Assembly: GCA_965237805.1 (NCBI GenBank)
Contig: OZ250153.1
Location: 1,248,001 to 1,312,000, forward strand
DNA from: Gammaproteobacteria bacterium
Lineage (GTDB): Bacteria; Pseudomonadota; Gammaproteobacteria; JABABF01
DNA: 64,000 nt
Direction: 5' to 3'
The notes under the pieces are model-generated. The model was given only the letters and a program-made list of their open reading frames with translations. It did not search any database and was not told the origin of the DNA. Made by a program: the position numbers and the translations under genes. Below are positions 9,399-19,277 of the stretch, in pieces (position 1 is the stretch's first letter; every line of letters begins with the position of its first letter).

Positions 9399-10610
9399 CT
9401 AAACGCGTTCGATGATGGTGGCGATACCGATGCCGCCACCAGCGCACAGCGTGGCGACGCCGTAACGCAGTTGGCGCCGTTCCAATTCATCCAGCAGGGT
9501 GCCGAGGATCATCGCGCCAGTGGCACCGATCGGGTGCCCCATGGCGATGGCCCCGCCGTTGACATTGATTTTCTCAGCCGGGATGCCGAGCAGTTTTTGG
9601 TAGCGCAACACGACGACGGCAAAGGCTTCGTTCAGCTCGAACAGGTCGATATCGTCGACACTGAGGCCAGCGAGCGCGAGGGCTTTTTCGGTGGCCGGGC
9701 CGGGGCCCGCCAGCATGATGGTCGGGTCGGTGCCGGTCAGGGCGCAGGCTACCACTCGTGCGCGCGGTTCGAGGCCTTGGTCGCGACCCGCTGTTTCGCT
9801 GCCGACCAGCACCGCGCTGGCACCGTCGACGATGCCCGAGGAGTTGCCGGGGGTGTGGATGTGCTCGACACGCTCCACGTGCGGGTAGCGGTGCTTGAGG
9901 TGATCGTCGTGCCCGAAGTCACCGAACATCTGAAAGGCCGGGTTGAGCGCGGCCAGCTTTGCCATCGACGTGCGGCGGATGGTCTCATCGCGCTCCAGCA
10001 CGGTCACGCCGTTGAAGTCCGTCACCGGTACCACCGAGCGTGCGAAGTGCCCCTCGTCCCAAGCGGTGGCGGCCAGCTCCTGTGAGCGCAAGCCGTAGCG
10101 ATCCACATCCTCGCGGTCGAAGCCGTCCAGTGTGGCCATCAAATCCGCCGCCACGCCTTGCGAGATACCGATATTGCGCTGATCCATCATCACCCATGGG
10201 TCGCCCAAGGCACCGCCGCTGGCACCCATACCGAGCCGTGACATCGACTCGACACCGCCGCCGACCACCAGCTGTTCGAAGCCGCTGCGCACTTTCATCG
10301 CCGCAGTGTTGACGGCATCTAGCCCACCGGCGCAGAAGCGGTGCAACTGGGCACCGGTGGTAATATGATCCCAGCCGGAGATGATCAGCGCGGACTTGGC
10401 GATGTTCTGGCCCTGCTCGCCCACCGGCTCTCCGGTGGCGATCACGACATCGTCGACTCGCGTGGTGTCTAAGTCATTGCGCTCGCGTAGCGCTTGCAAG
10501 AGATTGACGACCATTTCGATCGGTTTGACACCATACAGGCCGCCGCCGGGTTTGCCGCGGCCGCGCGGTGTCCGCACGGCATCGTAGATATAGGCTTCAT
10601 TGGTACTCAT
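9399..10610 (-). CDS. fadA: Acetyl-CoA C-acyltransferase (thiolase)
   Basis: RTPRG, catalytic Cys in [18 protein letters not shown] and CAGGG. Confidence 0.92.
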   Translation of the reverse strand: MSTNEAYIYDAVRTPRGRGKPGGGLYGVKPIEMVVNLLQALRERNDLDTTRVDDVVIATGEPVGEQGQNIAKSALIISGWDHITTGAQLHRFCAGGLDAVNTAAMKVRSGFEQLVVGGGVESMSRLGMGASGGALGDPWVMMDQRNIGISQGVAADLMATLDGFDREDVDRYGLRSQELAATAWDEGHFARSVVPVTDFNGVTVLERDETIRRTSMAKLAALNPAFQMFGDFGHDDHLKHRYPHVERVEHIHTPGNSSGIVDGASAVLVGSETAGRDQGLEPRARVVACALTGTDPTIMLAGPGPATEKALALAGLSVDDIDLFELNEAFAVVVLRYQKLLGIPAEKINVNGGAIAMGHPIGATGAMILGTLLDELERRQLRYGVATLCAGGGIGIATIIERV

Positions 10611-10655
10611 GATTCGTTTTTTCCACTTTGTTCAACTGGGGTCTGCAATCAAGCA

Positions 10656-11138
10656 ATGATGATCGCCAGCTTGGGTCGCCGTCTCGGATCCTTATTCTAC
10701 GATAGCCTGCTGGTCGGTTCACTGCTCGCTTTGGTCGCTGCCACCGCTGTCACGCGGCAGGCCGTGCTCAGCGGTGAAGTCATGTCTCCAGACACTGGTC
10801 CGATGGTCTCGAGCCCTTGGTTTAGCCTCACGCTGCTGGCAACGCTATGCCTGTATTTCATCGGCTTTTGGCACCGTTCTGGGCAGACACCGGGCATGCG
10901 CGCTTGGGGTCTGTGGCTGGTGGCTGTGGACGGCTCCGCACCCGGCATCGCGCGCAGTGCCCTGCGCTTGGCCGCCGCCGTCCCGGCGCTACTCTGCTTG
11001 GGCGGCGGTTATTGGTGGCAGTTATTCGACCGACGCGGCTGTTTGCACGACCTGTTGTCGGCCACCCGCGTCATGCGCCTACCCCATACTACCGTCGCCT
11101 CAGACCCGTCGGTCGAGCAGCCACAGGCTGGCGATTAG
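10656..11138 (+). CDS. RDD family membrane protein
   Basis: ASLGRRLGSLFYDSLL, GQTPGMRAWGL and LHDLLSATRV; usual position convergent on lptG. Confidence 0.85.
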   Translation: MMIASLGRRLGSLFYDSLLVGSLLALVAATAVTRQAVLSGEVMSPDTGPMVSSPWFSLTLLATLCLYFIGFWHRSGQTPGMRAWGLWLVAVDGSAPGIARSALRLAAAVPALLCLGGGYWWQLFDRRGCLHDLLSATRVMRLPHTTVASDPSVEQPQAGD

Positions 11139-12158
11139 GCTCAGCAACGGCACTACTGCCACCCCGGCGAAGGGGCTGAAATCCAATGCGACACTGGCGG
11201 TGCCGCCGAGGTTTTGCAGATAGCTGAACAACACGCCGATCAAGATGCCACCGCCGGTGCGCAGCGCGATGCTGGCGTTGCGCCCGGCACCGATCAGCAT
11301 TGCGGCGATCAGCGCCACCAGCCCGATGGTGGACAGCGGAATCAGTAGGCTACGCCAGCAGGATAGCCAATGGCGTGCGCCGATGTGCGTCCCGTAGCGG
11401 CTCAGGGACTCGGCTTCGCGCCAGCGTGCGAACAGTGGCAGCTGTGCGGGCGGTAGCGCGGCACTGAGCAGGTTGTCGGGCGTCGGCAGCCCAGTCAGCC
11501 TCAGTTCGTCCAGCTCGCGCTGCTGCAGCTGCACTGCACCGTCGTCATCCTCCGCCACGCTCAGCTCATGCGCTCCGGGCAGTAGCCATACGCCGTTTTC
11601 CCAGCGCCCCCGCCCGGCTCGCTTTAAAGTTTGCAGTCGGTGTCCGGCATTCAGCTGGTAGAGGGTGAAACCGCTCAGCTCGCTGCCGTCTGCACTCAGC
11701 TCATCGATTTGCAGATAATCGCCAGCGGCGGTGCGCCACAGCTGGGGCGTGGCCAGCTGCACCCCAGCGCCCATTTGCGCCGCCTGCCGCAGGGACCAAG
11801 GCACTGCCTCGAAGGCCAGCGCCACCGCCACCGCGCTCAGCAACAGCCCCGGCAGCAGTGCGGCGACGGCGATGCGCAACGCGCTGTGGCCGCCAGCGCG
11901 CAAGGCGATCAGCTCGTTGTGCTGCGCCAGCGAGGCCAAGCCGAGCATGGCTCCGCACAGGGCGATGAATTGCGTGTATTCATGGATGGTGGCGGGTAGC
12001 AGTAGGAACTCCAGCTCCACGGCGACGCGCCAACCGATTTCATGCCCCTCCTCGACGATGCGCCAAGCGACTGATAGCAACAACAGGCCCAGTAATACCA
12101 GCGCTGTGGCGCGGCCGACGATGCTGGCCACATAGCGGTCGGCGGGGTGCATGGTCAT
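11100..12158 (-). CDS. lptG: LPS export ABC transporter permease LptG
   Basis: DRYV start and LAQHNELIALRAGGHS coupling helix; ATG overlaps the lptF stop. Confidence 0.85.
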   Translation of the reverse strand: MTMHPADRYVASIVGRATALVLLGLLLLSVAWRIVEEGHEIGWRVAVELEFLLLPATIHEYTQFIALCGAMLGLASLAQHNELIALRAGGHSALRIAVAALLPGLLLSAVAVALAFEAVPWSLRQAAQMGAGVQLATPQLWRTAAGDYLQIDELSADGSELSGFTLYQLNAGHRLQTLKRAGRGRWENGVWLLPGAHELSVAEDDDGAVQLQQRELDELRLTGLPTPDNLLSAALPPAQLPLFARWREAESLSRYGTHIGARHWLSCWRSLLIPLSTIGLVALIAAMLIGAGRNASIALRTGGGILIGVLFSYLQNLGGTASVALDFSPFAGVAVVPLLSLIASLWLLDRRV

Positions 12159-13237
12159 CGCTTGGCGCGCTTGCGCAATACGCCAGATTGCCACAGCAGC
12201 GCGGCGGTGGAGATGACGGCGATGGTGGCGGGCAGCGGCCAGAAGGCGGTTGGCGGCGGTCGGTCGGTGGCACCGCTCCAGATACCGAGCGCGGCCAAGC
12301 TGAGTGCGTAGACCATGACCACCACTAGGCTCTGCCACTGGAAGCCCCAGCCCATGCGGGGCGGCCTCAGCGCCCCGGCGCAGGCTAGAGACAGCAAGGC
12401 CAGCGCTGGGGGCAGTAGCGGCAGAGCCAGCCGCCGCTGCAGCTCGGCCCGCGCCTCGTTGTGCTGATCGGCCATCAGCGCGGGCGTCGACCGAGCTTGG
12501 GCGCGCATCGAGCGCCGCGCGGTGTCGAACCAGTCTTCTACGGAGCGCGAAAAAGATGCGAAGCGCAGCACCGTGAAATCGCCGCCCGGCTCCGCTCGAT
12601 AGGCTGTGCCGCTGTGCAGCTTGAGCTGGAAGCCGCTGTCGGGATCAATGTCGATGTACCCGCTGTCGGCCAGCACCAGCAGTGGCGGGGCATTGTGCTC
12701 GTGCGGGGTGAGGACGACGACATCGCGCAGTGCCGTGCGTGCCCCCTCGCGCTGGCTGTGCTCGGCGTAGACGATGGCCCTGCCGCCCGCCAGTGGTCGC
12801 CCGTATGCGGGCGGGCGCACCAAGCCGATCACCTCTGGGCTGCTCAGTATCTGGTGGCTGCGAGCCGAGCCGAGGGGAGCCAAATAGAGGCTGCACAGCC
12901 CCGTCAGTGCGGCGACGATCAGAGCGCTACCCTGCAACAGCCAAGCCATTCGCCCTAGGCCGATGCCAGCCGCCGAGGCGGCCAGCAGTTCCGAATAACC
13001 GCGCAGCCGCGCCAAGGCGATGGCAACGCCGACGGCGAAGGCTCCAGGCAACAGCTGGGCGATAAACTCCGGCAGGCGCCAGAGGATCACTGGCACGATG
13101 AACTCCGCTGGCAACTGAGTGCTGACCGCGCTCTCCAGATAGCGTGAGCTGCGGATCAAGACAATGCCAGCCAGCAGCACCGAGGCCGTCAACATTGAGA
13201 CTGCCATGACTTGACGCGTTATATAGCGCAGCAGCAC
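12155..13237 (-). CDS. lptF: LPS export ABC transporter permease LptF
   Basis: LLRYITRQV, RLRGYSELLAASAAGIG and AELQRRLALP; divergent from pepA; GTG start after GAGGA. Confidence 0.85.
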   Translation of the reverse strand: MLLRYITRQVMAVSMLTASVLLAGIVLIRSSRYLESAVSTQLPAEFIVPVILWRLPEFIAQLLPGAFAVGVAIALARLRGYSELLAASAAGIGLGRMAWLLQGSALIVAALTGLCSLYLAPLGSARSHQILSSPEVIGLVRPPAYGRPLAGGRAIVYAEHSQREGARTALRDVVVLTPHEHNAPPLLVLADSGYIDIDPDSGFQLKLHSGTAYRAEPGGDFTVLRFASFSRSVEDWFDTARRSMRAQARSTPALMADQHNEARAELQRRLALPLLPPALALLSLACAGALRPPRMGWGFQWQSLVVVMVYALSLAALGIWSGATDRPPPTAFWPLPATIAVISTAALLWQSGVLRKRAKR

Positions 13238-13343
13238 GGTCTTCCTCGGTGAGGCAGCATGCCCCGCATTATAGAAGCGCCTCGGGCTCAGCTGTGGACG
13301 CCGCCCCATATACTAGATGCTCTATGCGCCTGAGGAATCCTGC

Positions 13344-14849
13344 ATGTCCGCCATGAAGACCCGGCTTAAGGCTACCGCAGATGTCGCCACAGTCGCCACG
13401 CCTTGTGCCGTGGTGTTCATCGGTACCGATGGCAAGCTGTCTGCTGCAGCGACGGTGCTGGATCGTGCTGGCAAGGGTTGCCTAAAGCGGCTCATCCGTT
13501 CCGGCGAGTGCAGTGGCAAGCCGGGCAAAACGCTGTTGCTGCACCAGCCGCCTGGTCTCAAGGCCGCACGTCTGCTAGTGGTGGGTTGCGGCGAGGCTCC
13601 GCGTAGCGCACTGGCCGTGCGCAAGGTGTTGACGGCCATGATTGCAGCGTTGGAGCCACTGCCCGACGGCGGTGCGCTGATCTGCCTCGACGGCCTCGTC
13701 TCGGGTGCTGTGGGCGAGTTTGCACTGCTGCGCCAGCTGACTTACCTCGCCGGGCTCAGCCGCCCAGCACCCGGCACCGCTGCCACTGTTCGCAAGCTGC
13801 GCGTGCGACATTTAGATCTCGTCCTGCCGGGTCGCAACAGTGCCGCCCGTCGTGCGGTGCTGGCCGCGGGCACGGCGATGGCGCTGGGTGCGGACACTGC
13901 TCGCGAGCTGGGTAATCTGCCGCCCAACAAATGCACGCCGCGCTATCTCGCCCGCCGTGCGCGCCAGCTGGCGCGAGGCTATCAATCACTGTCGGTGCGC
14001 GTCCTCGGCGAGGCTGAGCAGCGGCGTCTGGGCATGGGGGCGCTGCTGTCGGTCAGTCAGGGCAGTCGCGAGCCATCCCAAGTGGTGGTGCTGCGCTACA
14101 GCGGTGCCGCGGCGAAGCAGCCGCCGGTGGCGCTGGTCGGCAAGGGCGTCACTTTCGACAGCGGCGGCATCAGCATCAAGCCCGCCCAGGCTATGGATGA
14201 GATGAAATACGACATGTGTGGGGCGGCTGCCGTCTTCGGTGTGCTGCACGCTGCGGCCGAGCTGGAACTGCCGCTGAACTTGGTCGGCGTGGTGCCGAGT
14301 TCCGAGAACCTGCCGGGCGGCGGTGCCACGCGCCCTGGCGATGTGGTGACCAGCATGTCGGGCAAGACCATTGAAGTGCTCAACACCGATGCCGAAGGGC
14401 GCCTATTGTTGTGCGATGCTCTGCACTACACGCAACAGATTTTCCATCCCGCCTGCTTGATCGACATCGCTACGCTGACTGGCGCCTGTGTCGTCGCGCT
14501 CGGCAAGCATGCCAGCGGCCTGCTCTCCAACCGCGATGACTTGGCCGATGCGCTGCTCGCCGCCGGTGAGGAGACGGGAGACCGCGCTTGGCGTCTGCCG
14601 CTGTGGGATGAATACCAAGAGGAGCTGGTCAGTAACTTCGCCGATCTGCCGAATATCGGTGGCCGCGGCGCTGGCACCATCACCGCCGCCTGTTTCCTGT
14701 CGCGCTTCGTCGATGCCGACATCCCCTGGGCTCATCTGGACATTGCTGGCGTGGCCTATCGCGGCGGTGCCGGTCGCGCCAAAGGTGCCACCGGTCGTCC
14801 GGTGCCGCTGTTGGTGCAGTACCTGATCGAGCGCTGCCGCAGCCGGTGA
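13344..14849 (+). CDS. pepA: Leucyl aminopeptidase (M17)
   Basis: VGKGVTFDSGG, MKYDMCGAA, NTDAEGRL and WAHLDIAG. Confidence 0.95.
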   Translation: MSAMKTRLKATADVATVATPCAVVFIGTDGKLSAAATVLDRAGKGCLKRLIRSGECSGKPGKTLLLHQPPGLKAARLLVVGCGEAPRSALAVRKVLTAMIAALEPLPDGGALICLDGLVSGAVGEFALLRQLTYLAGLSRPAPGTAATVRKLRVRHLDLVLPGRNSAARRAVLAAGTAMALGADTARELGNLPPNKCTPRYLARRARQLARGYQSLSVRVLGEAEQRRLGMGALLSVSQGSREPSQVVVLRYSGAAAKQPPVALVGKGVTFDSGGISIKPAQAMDEMKYDMCGAAAVFGVLHAAAELELPLNLVGVVPSSENLPGGGATRPGDVVTSMSGKTIEVLNTDAEGRLLLCDALHYTQQIFHPACLIDIATLTGACVVALGKHASGLLSNRDDLADALLAAGEETGDRAWRLPLWDEYQEELVSNFADLPNIGGRGAGTITAACFLSRFVDADIPWAHLDIAGVAYRGGAGRAKGATGRPVPLLVQYLIERCRSR

Positions 14850-15301
14850 GCGGGCAGCTAGACTGCTATCGCGTCGCGCCCGGGGGCCGCTCCCCGGAAC
14901 AGGTGGCCTGCGCGCTGGCCGAGAAGGCTTTTAGGCAAGGCTATAGGGTGCACCTGCAGGTGCCGGATGCCGCCGCCGCTGAGGCGCTGGACGAGCTGTT
15001 GTGGACTTTCCGCGCCGACAGCTTTGTGCCCCACTGCCTGTTGTCGTCGGCGGCAGATGCGAGCGCGCCCGACACAGCTCCGGTGACGGTGGGGGCGAGC
15101 ACACCGCCGCCACCTTCAGAGCGCAGCTTGTTGTTGCTTGTCGGTGCCGTGTCGGGGGCTGGCGGCGAGCTTTTTCAGCGTGTTGCCACCGTGATGGCTG
15201 AGGACGATGCAGCGGCCTTGGATGCGGTGCAACAGCTCGCGGATGCGGCTCGCGAGCGCGGTGTCGAAGTGCGCGAGCATCGTTTGTCAGGCGGGCGCTG
15301 A
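14846..15301 (+). CDS. holC: DNA polymerase III chi subunit
   Basis: ACALAEKA and LDELLWTF...SFVPH; pepA-holC-valS synteny. Confidence 0.88.
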   Translation: MSGQLDCYRVAPGGRSPEQVACALAEKAFRQGYRVHLQVPDAAAAEALDELLWTFRADSFVPHCLLSSAADASAPDTAPVTVGASTPPPPSERSLLLLVGAVSGAGGELFQRVATVMAEDDAAALDAVQQLADAARERGVEVREHRLSGGR

Positions 15302-15303
15302 GC

Positions 15304-18078
15304 GTGGATCCGGCCTACAATCCGGCGGCTATAGAGCGCCACTGGTACGAACACTGGGAGCGGCAGGGGCATTTCGAGCCGCACGGTGACGGCGAGCCTT
15401 GGTGCATCCTGTTGCCGCCGCCCAATGTCACTGGCAGCCTGCACATGGGGCACGGTTTCCAGCAGACGCTGATGGATGTGTTGGTGCGTTGGCAGCGTAT
15501 GCGCGGTCGCCGCACATTGTGGCAGGGCGGCACCGACCACGCCGGTATCGCCACGCAGATGGTGGTTGAGCGGCAGCTGGAGCGCGCCGGCGAATCGCGC
15601 GCCGAACTGGGACGCGATGCCTTTGTCGAGCGCGTGTGGCGCTGGAAAGAGGAATCCGGTGGCACTATTACCCGCCAGATGCGCCGCCTCGGTGTGTCGT
15701 TGGACTGGTCGCGCGAACGCTTCACGATGGACGAAGGGCTCTCGCGTACGGTGCGGGAGGTCTTTGTGCGACTCCACCGCGAGGGGTTGATCTACCGCGG
15801 CCAGCGCTTGGTCAATTGGGATCCGCAGCTGCGCACTGCCGTCTCCGATCTCGAGGTGGTCGCCGAGGAGGAGCAAGGGCATCTGTGGCACTGTCGCTAC
15901 CCGTTGGTGGATGGCGATGGTGCAGTGGTGGTGGCGACGACACGGCCGGAGACGCTGCTCGGCGACACTGCGGTGGCCGTACATCCAGAAGATGAGCGCT
16001 ATCGCGCACTGGTCGGCCGCCGCGTGCGCTTGCCGTTGGCCGGGCGCGAGCTGCCGATCATCGCCGATGATCAGGTCGATTCGGAGTTCGGCACCGGTTG
16101 CGTGAAGATCACCCCGGCTCACGATTTCAACGACTACGAGATGGGTCTGCGCCACCAGCTGCCGATGATCGACATCCTCGCCGAGGACGCGACCCTGAAC
16201 GACAACGCGCCAGCAGCCTACCGCGGTTTGGATCGCTACGAAGCGCGGCGGCGCGTGGTGGCAGCGCTGGCAGCTGAGGGGCTACTGGAGAAAGTGGAGC
16301 CGCACCGGCTCAAGGTGCCGCGCGGCGACCGCTCTGGAGTGGTGGTCGAGCCCCGGCTCACCGACCAGTGGTTTGTGCGCGCCGGGCCGCTGGCTGAGGA
16401 GGCGCAGCGCGCGGTGGAGGACGGTCGCGTGCGCTTTGTGCCCGACCATTGGAAGAACAGCTACTTCGCGTGGCTGCGCGAGATCAAAGACTGGTGTATC
16501 AGCCGCCAGCTGTGGTGGGGGCACCGCATCCCGGCTTGGTACGGCCCCGATGGCCAGCTGTGGGTGGGGCACAGCGAGGAGGCGGTGCGCCGCGAGCATC
16601 AGCTGCCGGCCTCGCTGCCGTTGCGCCAAGATGAAGATGTGTTGGATACATGGTTTTCCTCGGCGCTGTGGAGCTTTTCGACCTTGGGGTGGCCAGAGCG
16701 GACACCAGAGCTGGCAGACTACCACCCGACGGCGGTGCTGGTCACCGGCTTTGACATCATCTTCTTCTGGGTGGCACGGATGGTGATGATGAGTCTGCAC
16801 CTGCTCGGCGAGGTGCCGTTTCACGATGTTTATGTGACCGGGCTGGTGCGCGATGCCCGCGGTCAGAAGATGTCGAAGTCGCGCGGCAATGCGCTCGACC
16901 CGATCGACTTGGTGGACGGCATCGGCCGCGAGGAGTTGGTGGCCAAGCGCACAGCCGATTTGATGAAGCCAAAGCAGATCGAGCAGATCGCCGAGGCGAC
17001 ACGGCGCGAATTCCCTGAGGGCATCGCCGCACACGGCACCGACGCACTGCGTTTCACCTTCTGTGCCTTGGCCTCCACGACCCGCGATCTGCGCTTCGAT
17101 ATGGGGCGGGTCGAGGGCTACCGCAATTTCTGTAACAAGCTGTGGAACGCAGCGCGCTTTGTCATGCAGCAGGCCACAACAGGCACCGCCCTAGCCGAGC
17201 CGGGGGGCGAGGCCAGCACTGTCGGTATGGCTGAGCGCTGGATTGTCTCGCGCCTGCAGCGGGCGGTGGCTGACTACACGTCGGCGCTGGATGACTACCG
17301 CTTCGATTTGGCATCGCAGGCCTTGCACGAGTTCTGTTGGCACGAGTACTGCGACTGGTATCTGGAGCTGGCCAAGCTCCGCTTGGCTGATTTGCCACCG
17401 GACAGCGATGCGGCGCGGGAGATCCGGCGCGTGTTGGTACAGGTGTTGGAGCAGGCCTTGCGACTCGCCCATCCGATGATGCCCTTTATCACCGAGGAGC
17501 TGTGGCAGCGTCTGCGACCGCTCAGTGGTTGCGTCGGGGACAGTCTCAGTCTCGAGGTGGCCCCGGTGGTCGACGACGCATTGCGCGACACCGAGGCCGA
17601 GGCCGAGATCGAGTGGCTCAAGGGAGTGGTCGGCGCGGTACGTCACCTGCGCGGCGAGTTGCGGGTGCCGCCGGGGCGGCGTGTTTCGCTGTTGCTGCGT
17701 GGCGGTAGTGCCGACGATCGGGTCCGCAGCGGGCGCTATGCTGCGGAGCTGGGCAGCTTGGCGGGTCTGGCCGACTGCCGTTGGCTGGAGCAAGGGGAGG
17801 TGCCGCCGCCGGTGGCCGCCCATCTGCGCGCTTCCTTAGAGCTGCTGTTGCCGCTGGCAGGGCTGGCCGACCCAGCGCAGGAGCGGCAGCGTTTGCAACA
17901 GACATTGGAACGGTTGGAGCAGGATGCCTTGCGCCATCGGGCCAAGCTCGAGCGCGGCAGCTTTGCGTCCAAGGCACCGGTGGAGGTGGTCGATGAAACG
18001 CGACGGCGATTGGCTCAAGCCGAAGCCGAGGCAGAGCTGCTGCGTCGCCAGCTGATCCTGCTGGCAGGGGCTTCCTAG
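15304..18078 (+). CDS. valS: Valine--tRNA ligase
   Basis: [30 protein letters not shown] and a C-terminal coiled coil. Confidence 0.97.
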   Translation: MDPAYNPAAIERHWYEHWERQGHFEPHGDGEPWCILLPPPNVTGSLHMGHGFQQTLMDVLVRWQRMRGRRTLWQGGTDHAGIATQMVVERQLERAGESRAELGRDAFVERVWRWKEESGGTITRQMRRLGVSLDWSRERFTMDEGLSRTVREVFVRLHREGLIYRGQRLVNWDPQLRTAVSDLEVVAEEEQGHLWHCRYPLVDGDGAVVVATTRPETLLGDTAVAVHPEDERYRALVGRRVRLPLAGRELPIIADDQVDSEFGTGCVKITPAHDFNDYEMGLRHQLPMIDILAEDATLNDNAPAAYRGLDRYEARRRVVAALAAEGLLEKVEPHRLKVPRGDRSGVVVEPRLTDQWFVRAGPLAEEAQRAVEDGRVRFVPDHWKNSYFAWLREIKDWCISRQLWWGHRIPAWYGPDGQLWVGHSEEAVRREHQLPASLPLRQDEDVLDTWFSSALWSFSTLGWPERTPELADYHPTAVLVTGFDIIFFWVARMVMMSLHLLGEVPFHDVYVTGLVRDARGQKMSKSRGNALDPIDLVDGIGREELVAKRTADLMKPKQIEQIAEATRREFPEGIAAHGTDALRFTFCALASTTRDLRFDMGRVEGYRNFCNKLWNAARFVMQQATTGTALAEPGGEASTVGMAERWIVSRLQRAVADYTSALDDYRFDLASQALHEFCWHEYCDWYLELAKLRLADLPPDSDAAREIRRVLVQVLEQALRLAHPMMPFITEELWQRLRPLSGCVGDSLSLEVAPVVDDALRDTEAEAEIEWLKGVVGAVRHLRGELRVPPGRRVSLLLRGGSADDRVRSGRYAAELGSLAGLADCRWLEQGEVPPPVAAHLRASLELLLPLAGLADPAQERQRLQQTLERLEQDALRHRAKLERGSFASKAPVEVVDETRRRLAQAEAEAELLRRQLILLAGAS

Positions 18079-18438
18079 CGCGGTTCTTGGCCTTGTTATG
18101 GCTGGCATCTCGGCGCTGCACCTTGGGGCGCTTTGCTTAGGTAGTCATGGATTTTGGGCAGCGTTGGCCGTTCGCTGGGTCGCTTTGGTGTTATACTTTA
18201 TTTAGGTGCCTTTTGTGTTGCGGGCATTCGCTCGGCGATCCCATGTGATTCGCTGTTCGACCTGCCAGCTCAAAGGCAATTCTGTGGACGGAGGAGTCCA
18301 CGAAGTTGCGGCCAAATACAGGCAGTTCACACAACCCGGCACACCGGTGCTCCGCGCAGGCTGATGCCAAGTGGGATATCAGGCAGTTTCTGGTGTTTGT
18401 TCGCGACCGCGCGAGTGCTTTCATTGGAGGTAATGGAG

Positions 18439-18963
18439 ATGAAAAGTTCGACTAAAATCAAGATTCTGGAGGCCGTGCTACGGCATGCGGTCGTCTTGTT
18501 ACTGGTATGGCTGGGAACCCTTGCACCCGCGCCTTATCTACTCGGCAAGTTGGCCGAGCTGGGGACCGTCGACAAGTGGGGAGCCTTGGGCTTTGCGATG
18601 GGCATGGGGGTCTTGGGCGTGGTGCTCGCTGACTTGATGCTAAAGCGCATCCTAGGCCAGAGTGCAGCTCTAGTAAGCGGTAAAGGCGCGGGTAAAGCCC
18701 GCTCTAGGGGTGGTGCATCGAGCAACCAGGGCAATGCCCAGAATGCTGAAGAGCACGATGGCGTGATCATCCGCTACAACTCTGAGAAAGGCTACGGTTT
18801 CCTGCAGGCATCCGGTCTGCGTGAGGAGCCATTTTTTCACCGCAACGATGTGGCCGGTATTCCTTTGGAGCAGTTGAGGCCCGGCCTCGGTGTGCGTTTT
18901 TCCGCTTTCTCTGGCCCCAAGGGCATGCGGGCGCAGAAAGTCTGGATACCATCACCCAGCTGA
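18439..18963 (+). CDS. Membrane-anchored cold-shock-domain protein
   Basis: Two N-terminal hydrophobic segments, then a CSD with KGYGFL, PFFHRND and GPKGMRA. GGAGG lies 8 nt before ATG 18439. Confidence 0.82.
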   Translation: MKSSTKIKILEAVLRHAVVLLLVWLGTLAPAPYLLGKLAELGTVDKWGALGFAMGMGVLGVVLADLMLKRILGQSAALVSGKGAGKARSRGGASSNQGNAQNAEEHDGVIIRYNSEKGYGFLQASGLREEPFFHRNDVAGIPLEQLRPGLGVRFSAFSGPKGMRAQKVWIPSPS

Positions 18964-19015
18964 GCGTTGGCCCGGCGGTACTGTTCCCCGCACACCGGGC
19001 GGCGTGGCACCATCA

Positions 19016-19092
19016 GCCCCGGTGGCACAACAGGATAGCGCGACTCCCTCCTAAGGAGTAGGTTGCAGGTTCGATTCCTGCCCGGGGCGCCA
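19016..19092 (+). tRNA. tRNA-Arg (anticodon CCT)
   Basis: Acceptor stem GCCCCGG/CCGGGGC, anticodon arm ACTCC-CTCCTAA-GGAGT, T arm GCAGG-TTCGATT-CCTGC, encoded CCA. Confidence 0.96.
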
Positions 19093-19277
19093 GTGTGGTG
19101 GGTGGAGCCGCACTTTGCATCGCCCCCACTCTTTGCTTGAGTTGATCGCTTCGGTTTTAAAATAATGCGCCCTTAGCCGATTTTGGGGCTCGTTTTCAGC
19201 TGCTTCATTGACCACAAGTTCAAGAATTTCTAAGGCAATGCAAAGAGCCCTCATGTTTTTGCATCAGCGGATGCTGA

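Noticed and set aside
19051-19254. 67-aa minus-strand ORF as an integrase remnant
   Set aside because: It overlaps the tRNA and shows no recognisable recombinase motif.
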